Shown here piece after piece: positions 11,505 through 23,224 of a stretch of 42,321 nt of DNA. Every line of letters starts with the position of its first letter. The stretch's first letter is position 1. Position numbers and translations under genes: made by a program. A model generated the notes under the pieces. That model ran no database searches. It was not told the origin of the DNA and saw nothing but the letters and a program-made list of their open reading frames with translations. Location of the stretch: NCBI GenBank assembly GCA_054600435.1, contig BAAIJX010000048.1, positions 124,001-166,321 on the forward strand, written 5' to 3'. Origin of the DNA: Neophaeotheca triangularis. Its lineage: Eukaryota.

Positions 11505-14500
11505 ATGGCGGATCTCGCAAGGTCTCTGCGCGAGCAGACCATGAACGCCTCGTACGACGACGAGGCAGTTACGGTCAACACCCGCGCTCTGATCGATAAA
11601 GTTCTGGCGCGCTACTCTGGCGAGTGGACGACGCTTCGAGAGCTCATCCAGAATGCCGCAGATGCTCAAGCTTCCACCGTGACGATACGCTTCGAGACCT
11701 CCCCCTCGGCTACAATACCGCTGCCGTCCAGCCAGAAGCCCGGTGAAAGGCTTAAGCACGTTCTACTCCACCACACGCTCAAGACGATGCTTGTTAGCAA
11801 CAATGGCGAGGCATTTGGCGAGAACGATTGGCAGCGGCTCAAGCGGATTGCCGAGGGTAACCCTGATGAGACGAAGATTGGTGCTTTTGGTGTGGGGTTC
11901 TATTCGGTATTTGCGGACTGCGAGAACCCGTTTGCGAGCTCGGGAAATCAGAGCATGGCGTTTTACTGGAAGAAGGACAGCTTGTTCACGAGACGGAGTA
12001 AGTTAGAGGGCGAGAAGAGGGATACGACGTTTTTGCTCGATTCCCGGAGTCAGAGCACGCCTGTGCCGAACCTGCTTTCGCTTTGCCAGTTCCTGGCCAC
12101 GAGCTTGACGTTCGTTGGATTACAGAGGATTGAGCTTTGGTTGGATGATTGGAATGTGCTGCGGTTGGATAAGAAGATGGCGCCGAGTACCAATACGGCT
12201 TTGCCCAAGGATGTGAACCCGAAGACCAAGGATGGTCTTATGAAGATTGTGGGCGTGGATTACCAGAATGCGCAAGTCGATGCGAAGTGGATGAATATCG
12301 TTGGTTGGAACAGGATACCTGCGGTTACGCCTGGGACCAGTCAACCGCCGACGCCTGCGGCACAGGAAGGCGGCCTTCGCGGTTGGTTCAGCAAACTTGC
12401 TAGTAGCACATCGACGACTGGGGTTACGAGGAAGCGGGAACAACAAGCGGAAGATCTACTTCAAGAGACTATCAGAGAGCGAGTCCTCGAATACAGCCAG
12501 GCGACGGCTTTCCTCAGGATATCGACGGTGAACGTGCAGACTTACGTATCGAAGACTCTTTCAGCCGAGCTCGAACGAGCGACAAAAAAACCACCCCCGA
12601 AGCAAACCAAGATTGCCATCCTCACGTCTTCGTACGACGAGACTAGTACATCGGCCTCCACATTGTCGGGCATAACTTCGCAAAAGGCCAGTGACATCTT
12701 TTCGTCCGTCGTTCCGAGCAACAAGAACGGAAAGATTTTCATCGGCTTCCCAACAGCTCAAACTACAGGACTTTTAGCACACATTTCCGCGCCTTCCGTG
12801 ATACCCACAGTTGAGCGAGAGAGCATCGATTTGAACGCACGGTACGTTCGTGACTGGAACGTTGCAATGCTCAGAGTGGCAGGTATCGCCTGTCGAGTGG
12901 CATATACTGGCGAGATGACTGAGTTGAAGGTCAAGATCGAGCGAACGCTTGCTGCGAGCGGCAACAAAAAGCCACAAAAGGAAGATCTTGCTGCTGTTAT
13001 GCCTAGTGCTGTTCACACATTCAATCAGTACAAATACGAAGAATCCACGCCCTCGTCACAAGTGGGACAACACATTGAGGAAGCGTTCTGGACCTGCAAC
13101 GAAAAGGGCACGATCGAGCTACTCAGCACACGTGGTGTGCTCTCTAGCCAAGTTGTCAGAGTGGCTACGGAAGATCTCAGTTTCGTGGAGGGCATCCCCG
13201 TGGTGCCAGAAGAGCTGATGCAAAGATCGCAAGATTTCATCGACCGATTGCGCGGTTATGGCATTCTCTCTGACATTACACACCACGACATCAAAAAGGA
13301 GCTCGAAGCGCAAGCTCTGTCCGAAGCCCAAGTCAGAGAGCTGCTGAAGTGGGCGTGCAAGAAGGTGTATCAGCGCGAGATCGATACCTCAGGTGTGCAA
13401 TGGCTTTTCAGCGGTACCGTCGTGAGCATTGATGAAGAGCATGCCAGAACCTCCAATGCTCCCATCATCTCTCTAGGTGATATCTCAAGTTTTGTGAACG
13501 TCGCAAAGATTCCTGCTGAGCTTCCGGTTCCCCCTACAACTATGCCTTTTAGGCTTACAAAGGGCATAAATCCTCCGCAGCTGTCTGGTCTTGGGTGGGA
13601 AGAGCTTCAGATCATTCCTTGGCTGCGGTGGATTATTGAGTCTGATGGCGTGGGCTTTCCAGTCGGACAATCTTTGACCAATTCGCCCGCTGTCGCTTCG
13701 GTTGTCATGCCTGTGCTGAGCAAGGCTTGGGACGGTTTGAGTGCTTCTTCGAAAGAGACTGTTGCTAATCTATTGGTACCGAGGACTGTCATACCTACTA
13801 AGCTCGGCATGAAGAGACCGCCAGAGTCTTACTTTACTTCTGTCAAGCTCTTTGACGACCTCCCGATCATCACAGGCTTGAACGGCGTCAAAGAGAAGTT
13901 CCTCGCGCCCTTGGGGGTTCGCAAGACGGTCGAACTCAGTGTAGTGTTTGACCGCCTCATGGCCAAATCAAGTGCTTCGCTCCTGGACGAGGATGACTCC
14001 AAGGGTGGAAAATGGAGCCACGTCGATCTTATCAAGTATCTTGTGTCCGTCAAAGATGACATCCCAGCTGATGACATCAAGAGACTTCGAGCCACTCCCA
14101 TCTGCTCAGCCGAGACGGCTTCCGCAGACGACAAGAGGAAGGGCCAGCTTTACAAGCCTTCCGAGCTTTACGAGCCCAATGACGACCTTCGCAGGCTTGG
14201 CTTACCGCTGCTCGAATGGCCTGGCATGTACCGGCCAAACAGCCCCGAAGGACGCTTCTTGCACCATTTGGGTCTCAAGACGTATCCCTCTGCGCTAGAT
14301 ATTGTCGATATTTTAAGCAAAGCACCAACCTCAAGTCTGCTGCAGCGCTCAGCCATCAACTACTTCGTTACGAACCACTTCAAGAACGGCTACAATTCTT
14401 ACCCGATGGAGCAAGTCGACAAAGCTTTTCTACCCGTACAACCGCTTCCGGGGAAAAACGAAGGCGACAACATGATTGCAAAACCGAGGCAATGCTACGC

Positions 14501-16790
14501 CAACCCGCAGGCCGCGGTGCTCAATTTCAGAATTCTCCGAAGCGACCTGATCGACCACTACAAACTCTTTGGAGTCTCACTCGACCCTCCCATCGACGTA
14601 TGCGCCGAGCGGCTGGTTAAGAATCCGCCACAAGACGCGGCGCACGCTAAGTTGCTCTTCAGCTATCTCGCCAGGAGATTGAACGAAATCGGACCGTCTG
14701 GAAACCTGGCCGAAAAGCTGGGCGAGGCCCTGATCGTGCCTATCGTTGCCCGGCCTCAGGAGATGGTCGATAGCAAGCAGCCCGCTATCCGCCGGACCTC
14801 ACCACGGGCTTGCTTCTTGGGCGATAGCAACGCTTACGGCGACATCTTTGACTTTGTTGACTTCGGGCCTGACGCTAATGCTTTTCTGCTGCGCGTGGGC
14901 TCCAAGCACGAACCTAGTTCCCCCGAGTTGGCGAGCATGATCGTCAGACAGCCTGCGCGACTGCTGGAAACGCTGCAAGCGGAGAAGTATCTGCAGCTGC
15001 TGCGCAAGATTGCGGAGAATGTAAGTATCATCAAGCGGGACAAGGCGTTGTGGCAGGAGCTCAAGAGAACTCCTTGCTTGATTGCCAGCCAGGAAGTTGG
15101 TAAGTCGGCGCTTGAGAAGAATTTGTTGGATCAAGACGATGCGGACGATTTCGACGACGAAGCCACTATCAAGGAATATTCTCTCGCGAGAGCTGCGCAG
15201 ATTGTCATCGTGGATGACTTTCCAACTTACCGCATGTTCCAGTCTCAACTGCGCGCGGCTCCCATGGATGACGCATTGGAAGAGCTCTATGCTGCGTTAG
15301 AGACGCCTCTCCTTAGCGGTCTGGTCGACGACGATCAACGCATGGGAGCGGTTCTCGCAGACCAGTCGAGTGCTTTGAAACTGCATGGTCTTATCGTAGA
15401 GCGGTCCAGGCTCTTCCTCCATGACCAGCCAAAGGACAACGTTAGGCACGAGGCCAAATGGCTGGAAAGCAATCTGCAAGTCAAAGCTACCGAGTTCTTA
15501 AAAACGACGCGTAGGTTGAAGGGATATCAGTTGCAGTTCACGGAGAAGAAGACCGCGGCTTTACACAGACAGAGCAAGGAGGAGGCTACGCTTTGGGTCA
15601 CGGCTCGGCATGACTTCTTCGAGGTCAGCAAGGCGTTGATGGTTCTGCTGCTCAGACGTGCGAAACAGCAGGATTATCTGGCGCTGGAGGGTTTGCTGCA
15701 GAGCGATTTGAAGAGACTCAAGATGAAGGGCTATAATGTTGACAGAATCTTGAGGCAGAAGGCGGCGGAGTCTAGGATTGCTGCTGAGAGCGCGAGACAA
15801 AGGCAGGAGGAGCAGAGGCGGATCGATCTCGAGAATCATCCGCAACCTCCTCCGTCCCAAGCTATGGTGAGCACTGCTGCGAAGGAGGCGCCTGGAGCCG
15901 CGAACGAGTCCAACCCCATGATGGATCGCATGCCGAGTATGCCGGGAGCCTTCGGGGACTCGCCGGATCAACCCAAACAACGTAACCTCGGCGGAAAGGG
16001 CTTGTTCGACAGCATCTCTCGCCAGCTCGGCTTCAACCAGAACCAAAGCGGCAGCAGCAACCAGCTGACAAACGGCAAAGAGAGAGCTCCCTCGCCACCT
16101 CCACCTTACGACCAAAATGGCCAGCGGGCTATCGAGCCCACACCCTCGAGCCAAAACACCGACACCAAGCAAGAAATGTCTCCGGCTCAACTCCAACGCA
16201 ACCTCGAAGGCGCCATCAAAGCCGCGCGAGCCTACAACTCCCAAAGTGTCTTCAACCGCCCAGAAACTAAAGAGATTCGCGAAGCGCCCAGCTACTGCGA
16301 CCCACGCCCGGGCCACAATCTCCAATTCATCGCCGACCTTCCCGTCCCCAACGGCAAAACCGGCACAAAACTCTTCCTCGACCGCTCCATCCCAGCCCCC
16401 GAGACCCAAAACTTCCTCCGCATCCACCAGACCTCACTCGCAACCTTCTCAACGCTGCTAACAACGCTCGCCCACATCTTCAACCTCGACCCGACCACAG
16501 TGAGCATCTACCATGACCATTCGGGCGGCTCGATAGCTTTCAATAAAGCCGGCTCGCTGTTCTGCAATTTCCGCTTTTATCTGCAATTGCACGGCAGCGG
16601 CGGTAATGTTTCGGCGGGCGATGCCATGTTGTATTGGTATATTACGCTGTGTCACGAGTTGGCGCATAATTTGGTCGAAGAACATAATTCGCAGCATGGA
16701 TATTACTGCGAGTCATTTGCCGCGGCTTATTTTAGGGGCTTGATGGATTGGATGGTTAGGAATGGGGGTGTTGGTAGGAGGGTGGAGTAG
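11505..16790 (+). CDS. Large GHKL/sacsin-like ATPase-domain protein (DUF3684-type) with C-terminal HExxH motif
   Basis: Intronless ORF. ATG 11505 in GCC-ATG-G context is preferred over TTG 11364. GHKL boxes are LRELIQNAADA, SNNGEAF and KIGAFGVGFYSVF. The C-terminus reads YWYITLCHELAHNLVEEHNSQH. Confidence 0.88.
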   Translation: MADLARSLREQTMNASYDDEAVTVNTRALIDKVLARYSGEWTTLRELIQNAADAQASTVTIRFETSPSATIPLPSSQKPGERLKHVLLHHTLKTMLVSNNGEAFGENDWQRLKRIAEGNPDETKIGAFGVGFYSVFADCENPFASSGNQSMAFYWKKDSLFTRRSKLEGEKRDTTFLLDSRSQSTPVPNLLSLCQFLATSLTFVGLQRIELWLDDWNVLRLDKKMAPSTNTALPKDVNPKTKDGLMKIVGVDYQNAQVDAKWMNIVGWNRIPAVTPGTSQPPTPAAQEGGLRGWFSKLASSTSTTGVTRKREQQAEDLLQETIRERVLEYSQATAFLRISTVNVQTYVSKTLSAELERATKKPPPKQTKIAILTSSYDETSTSASTLSGITSQKASDIFSSVVPSNKNGKIFIGFPTAQTTGLLAHISAPSVIPTVERESIDLNARYVRDWNVAMLRVAGIACRVAYTGEMTELKVKIERTLAASGNKKPQKEDLAAVMPSAVHTFNQYKYEESTPSSQVGQHIEEAFWTCNEKGTIELLSTRGVLSSQVVRVATEDLSFVEGIPVVPEELMQRSQDFIDRLRGYGILSDITHHDIKKELEAQALSEAQVRELLKWACKKVYQREIDTSGVQWLFSGTVVSIDEEHARTSNAPIISLGDISSFVNVAKIPAELPVPPTTMPFRLTKGINPPQLSGLGWEELQIIPWLRWIIESDGVGFPVGQSLTNSPAVASVVMPVLSKAWDGLSASSKETVANLLVPRTVIPTKLGMKRPPESYFTSVKLFDDLPIITGLNGVKEKFLAPLGVRKTVELSVVFDRLMAKSSASLLDEDDSKGGKWSHVDLIKYLVSVKDDIPADDIKRLRATPICSAETASADDKRKGQLYKPSELYEPNDDLRRLGLPLLEWPGMYRPNSPEGRFLHHLGLKTYPSALDIVDILSKAPTSSLLQRSAINYFVTNHFKNGYNSYPMEQVDKAFLPVQPLPGKNEGDNMIAKPRQCYANPQAAVLNFRILRSDLIDHYKLFGVSLDPPIDVCAERLVKNPPQDAAHAKLLFSYLARRLNEIGPSGNLAEKLGEALIVPIVARPQEMVDSKQPAIRRTSPRACFLGDSNAYGDIFDFVDFGPDANAFLLRVGSKHEPSSPELASMIVRQPARLLETLQAEKYLQLLRKIAENVSIIKRDKALWQELKRTPCLIASQEVGKSALEKNLLDQDDADDFDDEATIKEYSLARAAQIVIVDDFPTYRMFQSQLRAAPMDDALEELYAALETPLLSGLVDDDQRMGAVLADQSSALKLHGLIVERSRLFLHDQPKDNVRHEAKWLESNLQVKATEFLKTTRRLKGYQLQFTEKKTAALHRQSKEEATLWVTARHDFFEVSKALMVLLLRRAKQQDYLALEGLLQSDLKRLKMKGYNVDRILRQKAAESRIAAESARQRQEEQRRIDLENHPQPPPSQAMVSTAAKEAPGAANESNPMMDRMPSMPGAFGDSPDQPKQRNLGGKGLFDSISRQLGFNQNQSGSSNQLTNGKERAPSPPPPYDQNGQRAIEPTPSSQNTDTKQEMSPAQLQRNLEGAIKAARAYNSQSVFNRPETKEIREAPSYCDPRPGHNLQFIADLPVPNGKTGTKLFLDRSIPAPETQNFLRIHQTSLATFSTLLTTLAHIFNLDPTTVSIYHDHSGGSIAFNKAGSLFCNFRFYLQLHGSGGNVSAGDAMLYWYITLCHELAHNLVEEHNSQHGYYCESFAAAYFRGLMDWMVRNGGVGRRVE

Positions 16791-17147
16791 AGCGGGTTGA
16801 TGAGGTTTTTTTGGGGGGGGGGATGGGTTTCGGGTGGAATGTATTGTGTTGCATTGCTCGGCGTGGAGATGATGGCATTTTTTCATGGCGTTTGGGTGAG
16901 TTATACCCTAGAGTTAGAGCGATGGTGTTTTCCTTTGACATCGGAAGGCTTCGGCGGGGGTTTCAGTCCAATGTTCATTCGTGAGTGCTATGTACAATCT
17001 GGCGCGGCGACAAATTATGTATGTACCAACCTCCCTGTACCCATTGCGCAACCCACCCAACCCAACCCATGCAGCCTGAACATATGCACGCCAACATGAC
17101 CCTACAAAAAAAGTACCCCTCGCCCAGTAGACGCCTTCCTGTCAACC

Positions 17148-18149
17148 TCACTTATCCTTCCTGTACGCAGTCCACATACTCTGAATCCTCGCCGCCTGCC
17201 CAGGGGTAAAATTATTATAACAAGCATCAGTCGAATAATCCATGTAATTATGAATGGCATCAACGCCGGGCACAGCAGGGCAAGAATTCTTGCTAGGCTT
17301 ACTCGGACAGCCATCGGTGCTCGTGCTCTGCATAGGCGTGTCGTCGATGTTATCGCCCGCGCCGCTGCAGCTGTAGCCCTCAAACGTGTGGAGCAGGCCT
17401 AGCCAGTGCCCCGTCTCGTGGACGGCGGTCATGCCGCGGTTGTAGCCCCGGATGCCGCCCGAGGGCATGGTGCCCGCGTTGATGGTGCAGCCGTCGGAGG
17501 CGTAGGCGGCTTGAGGGGTCGAGGGCCAGGTTTGCGCGGGTAGCGAGCAGGTTCCCAAGATGGCGCCGCCGAGGTCTGTGTGGAAGTAGAGGTTGAGGGT
17601 GCCGTAGGTTCCTTTGCGGAGGGCGGATTTGGCCTGGGAGAGGGTCGCGCCGGAGGCGGTGGCCCAGGCGTCGTTGACGGTGTAGTCGGTGCCGAGGAGG
17701 TTGAAGCTGACGCCGGTGGTGCGGTAGGCGGTGTTGAGGACGGCGAGCTGGGCGTCGATGGTTTCTTGGGTGATGGTGTTGGCTTTGGCGGTGGTGGTGA
17801 TGATGTGGAAGTAGGTAGGGACGACAATGGAGTGGGGGATGACTTTGTTTTGTTTGAGGAAGAAGCGGGGGGAGCGGGTGCCCAAGTGTGCGTCGCCGTG
17901 TTCGAGTAGGGCGGTCTCGTTGAGCGAGACGACGTCCGGACGGGCGTTGTGTTTGGATTTTAGCATTCGTATCCGTCGCACCGTGTCGTTGAAGCTGGCC
18001 GAGGCGTCGCGGGCGCTGGTGCCACATTCGAAGTGGCGGAACGTTTCTACTTTGCCGCCTTCTTCAATGGGAGCGGTGACATCTTCGGCTATGGTGAAGG
18101 AGCCGAGGGTTGCCGTCAGTGCGGCCAGGAGGGTGATGTATTTGAGCAT
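17148..18149 (-). CDS. Secreted metalloprotease, peptidase M43 (pappalysin/ulilysin, MEP1-like)
   Basis: Hydrophobic signal peptide (MLKYITLLAALTATLG), cysteine-switch-like CGT, zinc motif HETGHWLGLLH, DTP motif and Met-turn NYMDYS. Confidence 0.93.
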   Translation of the reverse strand: MLKYITLLAALTATLGSFTIAEDVTAPIEEGGKVETFRHFECGTSARDASASFNDTVRRIRMLKSKHNARPDVVSLNETALLEHGDAHLGTRSPRFFLKQNKVIPHSIVVPTYFHIITTTAKANTITQETIDAQLAVLNTAYRTTGVSFNLLGTDYTVNDAWATASGATLSQAKSALRKGTYGTLNLYFHTDLGGAILGTCSLPAQTWPSTPQAAYASDGCTINAGTMPSGGIRGYNRGMTAVHETGHWLGLLHTFEGYSCSGAGDNIDDTPMQSTSTDGCPSKPSKNSCPAVPGVDAIHNYMDYSTDACYNNFTPGQAARIQSMWTAYRKDK

Positions 18150-18953
18150 CTTCTCGGGAGGCTTTGGCTAGATGGGCTATGTACAGAAAGGCCCAGACCA
18201 GTCACGATCGAACGGAGGGAGGGAGTATGTCTCGCCGTGGAATGTATCGAGATTGTCCGTTGCGGGCGGGCCGTGGAATGCTAGAGTTGGAGATATGTAC
18301 AATATATACAGCTTCGTCCTTGGGAGGCTCCGGGGAAGACGATCTCTCTCTTTTCGGGCTATGAGTCGCCGATCAACCTACTTATGGGTCTGCCTCATGG
18401 GATCTGGAGTCTGGAAGGCCAGCAACGTGGCGCTTGTGGCGTGGCTGTTTGCAGCATCGTCTTACCGGCAATGAACAAAGGATGGATGCTGGAGCCGACT
18501 TGGCCAGCCAGCTGTTTGGTATTCGAGATCTCGCAGCCCTTCTGCTCCTCCCCAGTCTAGACTCGATACAGTCCAATACTCTGCGCCACTATGGAAGGCA
18601 CTGGACAAGTTGGGCAATGGCTGCGGCAGGCGTTCCTTTAGTGTAAGGGACGCGAGAAATACAAGGAAAGGAACAATGCATTGAAACGCCAATGAATAGG
18701 ACCAGCCGTTTGCGCACCTGAGACAGTCGATGTTGTGACTTACCCGGGAAGACGAGAGGCCGACAGCATGGAGAGTAAGAATTGTCCAAAGTACATACAT
18801 ACCAACGTACGCCGAGCCCAGGTCCTCCCAGATATGCTCTTGCCCGCTCGATAGGGGGTCTGAGGCACCGAACGCCTGATCTCCTCGTGATCGTAAAAGG
18901 AATAAATGCCAACAAAGGGCGAGTTCTCAAAATTAACTCCAACGGGTAGAAGC

Positions 18954-20343
18954 TCAAGCTGTGTCGCCAGGTCTCGCAGCGCGCCCGGTTGCAGTTGCTG
19001 AACTCGGTTGGTCGGTGTTCCAGCTCAGGTAAGTGTGGTCGCCCAGTTTCCTGCATTGTTCGAATCAGCCACCTGCGCTTTGTACGTTACTTGGAGCTGC
19101 CAAGGACTTACCTTGGTTTGATCAAGTGAGTGGCGGTGAAGATGGCCCCGAGGATAATGCAAACGCCTCCGACTACGACGTAGGCAATGCCCATGTAGGG
19201 ATTCCGTCCACCCATGACAGTCCGTGTCGAAAGTAAAATGGACTTTGTGCCGTCATAGATGGTGACCGGAAAATCTTGACAGTGGCGTTAGTGCTAACCT
19301 GGATGGTGGGACTTGCTCCAAAGAGGTAGTCAATACTCACTGTCGTAGATGTCTATTTGGTATCTGCCACGCTCCATTGTGTCGTCGTCGTTACGAAGAG
19401 CCAGCTTGCTAAAAGTCGGCAGACCAGCAGTCCTCATCCACACCTGGAAAGGCTCGTCTTCCTTCAGATTGGGAAAAGGAAAAGATTCGTTGTACTCTGG
19501 ATATCGCTTTTGCCAGAAAGGTGGCGGTACCACATCACCGTATTCATATTCCGTCACCCCGTAAAGATCGCTATCACTTTCCCACGCGACAGTCCGGTTC
19601 GTCATCTCGTAAGTTGTGTTCTGCTCGCTCGACCCAGCCTGGTTTAGCGCCGTGATTCGGTTGTACGTGTCGTTAAACATCGAGTTCGCAATGAGGCCGC
19701 AAGGGTAATAGGCCTTTCCGTCGTCATTCACATCTAGCGGCTCGCAATCGCTCGACTCGATGGAGCTGTTATCCCGTGCATTGCCTTCAAGCTGCTGCTG
19801 ATCAAAGGAAGACACATATCGCCGATGATTTTGGTAGAAGTTGGTCAATTGGTAGTAGAGCAGGACAGGCGGTGTCATGTCATCCGGAATATAGAATTGT
19901 ATCCTGCACACCTCGGTTTCGACGCTGTAATCAATGTTCACACCATAGCTCACGGATACGTTTTCCTTGCACCAAGTTGCCGCCTCGGAATCCTCAATGC
20001 TATTGCTGAAGTAGGTCGATACCAGTGAGTTGGGTATGCGCGAATCGTCGGGCGGTACTCCGTCAGTGCAGTCTGGCGCTTCTTGTTGGCATTCCGAATA
20101 ATCGATGTTCAACTCTTTGACTTGGGAGCTCGCCCAAAGCAGGAGTCCACCAATCGGGGCGAAGATGATGCCGACGGCGAAAAAGAGGGGGAGGACGGTT
20201 TTCGGGGTGAGGATGGGTTGCCAGGCCTTCAGGCGCTGCTGACGGAAGGCCGTATTGGCCGGTCGCCGGCTCTTCTGCTTCTTCTTGTCCTCATCCTCGT
20301 GCATGCTAGAGCCCTCGCCTTGCTGTTCCATGGTTTGCGACAT
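18954..20343 (-). CDS. CDC50: CDC50/LEM3 family P4-ATPase (phospholipid flippase) beta subunit, 3 coding exons
   Basis: Introns at 19340-19275 and 19111-19051. Motifs RRPANTAFRQQRLKAWQPILTP, YYQLTNFYQNHRRYV, YYPCGLIANSMFND, VWMRTAGLPTFSKL, MGGRNPYMGIAY and KPRKLGDHTYLSWN. There is a probable 5'UTR intron from about 20444/20439 to 20349. Confidence 0.94.
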
Positions 20344-20845
20344 GGCGACTGGTGTTTTCCGGGATGTGGGTTGGCAGTGTCAGCGCATGTTGCTGATTGT
20401 AGTGGTGGATGTGGATGAGGTGTCGTCGTAGAGGCCTACCTTACTGATCAGCCGCTGCGTCAGCACGGAATCTCGGGATTAAGATGCATGCGCTGCGGTT
20501 CCATTGCTTCAAGGGTCCGAATCTGAGGCAACGCCAAGTCACGTGTTTCACCAGCGTCTCTAAATGCAAAACGAGCCTCATCCGCTGAAGAAAAGAATGT
20601 ACAGCTTTCTAGATAATTATGGAAGATAGAAACAAGCCTCACAAAGATGCTGAAAGAAAACACGCACAGCTTTCTCAACAGAAGATGAAAACAAATAGAT
20701 GGTCCGTCGTCAAGAACGACAGTTGCAGGCTCGCTACAGCTCAAACCAACGCCATAGCTCTATACTCACTACCGGTACAACTCCCAGAAAAAACGAAAGC
20801 TAGCACGCTCAATCGCTTCCAAAAATCTCTCAAAACCCGCACCCC

Positions 20846-23224
20846 TCATCTCGTCCCCTGATCATCACCATCATCATCCTCCTCATCATTGACCCTTCTA
20901 TATCTGCCACTCCCGCTACCCCCATCACCCTTATTCCGATTCACCATATTCGAGATCCACCCGCTGACGCCTTCCTTCTGGCTGTCCCGATCCGACTGGC
21001 TGCGCGAATCCCTACTACCCAGCATGGCCTTGCCGTTCTGAATGTCTACGTGCGGGGGCTCGATGTCTAGATCGGGCACGTTGGAATCTTGGTTAGTGCC
21101 GTCGCCGCCCAAGCGGAAAGAGGGAACGGGCGAACGGTCGCCGCTGAAGAGCGACTCGGCTTCTGCGAGAGTTGCTGGAGTGGCGGCGGTAGTGGTGGCG
21201 TCGCCGAAGAGCGAGTTCATGTCTTCGAGGCGCACGTTTGCCGTTTCGGGGTAGATGAACCAGACTGGGAGATTGGTTAGTGCTGTGCTATGCTGTTGGG
21301 CGTTAGCGGGCTCTTCCTTACCGACTACAAAGCTGACGGCGCAAAAGAAGGCGTGCACGAGATACAAACGCCACTGGATGGCGTCTTGCAGAATCGGTGT
21401 CATCTCGCCGACTAGCCAGTTGAATGCCCAGTTTGATGCTGTGGAAAGACTCGCTCCCTTGGCTCTTATACTCAACGGCAATATTTCTGGTGGATACAGC
21501 CTGAAGACCTGTTAGCTGACGAACTATCTTCCGACCCGTGATCTGAAACCTACCATGGAATAGGTCCCCACGACGCCCCAAACGCGGCGTTGTAGATCAT
21601 GACGAAGGCGACCACCAATTGGGGGGTCCAGTCTATGTTGAGGAAGATAAAGTAAGAAATAGCCGAGAGCGAGATGATCATGGCCACAGCGCCGGAAAGT
21701 AGGATCAAGCGGCGGCCCAGCCTATCAACAAGGTACCATGGAGGGATTGTGGAAAGCAGGTAGGTGATGCCGTTGATACCAGTCATGAGGATGGCTCTCC
21801 TGCCATGCCAACCAGCTTGCTCGAAAACCAGGGGAGCGTAGTATGAGATCACGTTAATGCCGTTCAGCTGTGCTAGAGACTGCGCGGACATGGCGATGAA
21901 GACACGCTTCGAGTAGCGTTTGAACATGTCTCTGTATGTCCTTTCGCCCTCTTGGCGTTGAAGTAGAACGTTCATCTTGATCTCGCGGTATTCGTCCCGG
22001 GCTTTTTGGTTGTGGATGTCTCCTTTGCCGTATAGATTTGCAATGACTACGATGCCTTCTTCGTCATGATCGTTGTCAAGCAGCCATCTGTAAGAAACTA
22101 TCAGCAAGTGTCTAAGACTTTCCTCTGTATGATTACGCTCACCTTGGAGACTCTACAATCAAGAAGCTGCCTCCAGCCAACAGTCCGCCCATGACAACCT
22201 GCATAAGCAAAGGCAGGCGCCACGCCCAGTCATTATCCATGTAGCTGCAGAAGTAATCCACCCAAACACTACACATGTAACCGAAGATGTTGCCAGAAAA
22301 CTCAATGCAAGCCAGCTTTCCTCGATTATGCGGTGGGGAGATTTCGGACTGGTAAACGGGGACGATTGTTGAGAGAGCACCAACTCCGAGACCTGCAACA
22401 ATTCTTCCCAGGAGCATCATGGGCATGCCCGTCGCAAAGGTCTGGCAAGCACCACCGATAACGAAAACTACCGCTCCGTAGAAGATGGTCTTTCTCCGCC
22501 CAATAATGTCTCCGACTCGACCCACGGTAAGCGAGGCTACAAAGGCTCCAATCTCCAAAACGGCAACCATGGTCCCTATCTCGGCGCTTGTGGGTTGATT
22601 GAAGTAGTCCTTGAAATGCGGGCCAGTGATGATACCAGACATGACACCCTGATCATAGCCAAAGAGAAAGACGCCAACAGACACAAATATTGATAGGAAA
22701 TAGATCAGTTTTTTGCCGTGCAGCCCATGCATCCTCGAAGGTCCGTCGGTCGGAGCCATGATTCTTGCGAGCACGATTTGGCCCAAGTTGAGCTTGGGTG
22801 GAGGTGGGCTGGGTATACGGATGTCCTCTTTCTTCTTAGCAACTCCAGCCTGCTGGCGATATCCCTTCTCCTCGCCGTCTTGGCTATCGGCGTACCTCAC
22901 ACGCTTGCCCTGCTGGCTGCGACTTCTGCCTCTTCTCTTTGGGCCGCTGCCTGGATAAACTTCCTCACCGCTACGTCGCAGCCGTATAGCAAGCGGGTCT
23001 TCGGCGTCGGCGAGTTGGTCAACGAGGTCGCCAGTGTCGCTCCAAAGCGAGAATTCGGAGCCGGCGTCGTCGTCGTTGTCGTCGTCCTCGGAGCGCCTGA
23101 GGCGAGCTCTGTCGCCCTTTTCGTCGTATGGGGAGCTACTACGTCTTTGGCCAGAGGAGAGGGTATGGAGGGGGATGTTGGCGGGCTTGCGTGTGTTTTG
23201 ACTTCCTCCTTTGTTGAACGGAAT
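20846..23224 (-). CDS. MFS monosaccharide transporter (sugar porter), 4 exons. First AUG at 22759; probable longer form from about 23224
   Basis: Introns at 22142-22088, 21553-21501 and 21321-21265. Motifs LFGYDQGVMSG, GDIIGRR, PVYQSEISPPHNRG, ESPRWL, AQLNGINVISYYAP, VDRLGRR, SWGPIPWLYPPEI and YPET. The frame stays open upstream of ATG 22759 to the TAG at 23245-23243, so the start coordinate is uncertain (see findings). Confidence 0.9.

Noticed and set aside
16653..17430. Functional link between the two convergent HExxH-containing genes
   Set aside because: One is secreted (M43) and the other lacks a signal peptide. Adjacency alone is not evidence in fungi.
15561..18027. Long antisense or alternate-frame ORFs overlapping the GHKL and M43 genes (similar ones overlap CDF, PMT2 and FAR11)
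   Set aside because: These are shadow ORFs caused by GC-rich codon bias, and their translations are low-complexity.
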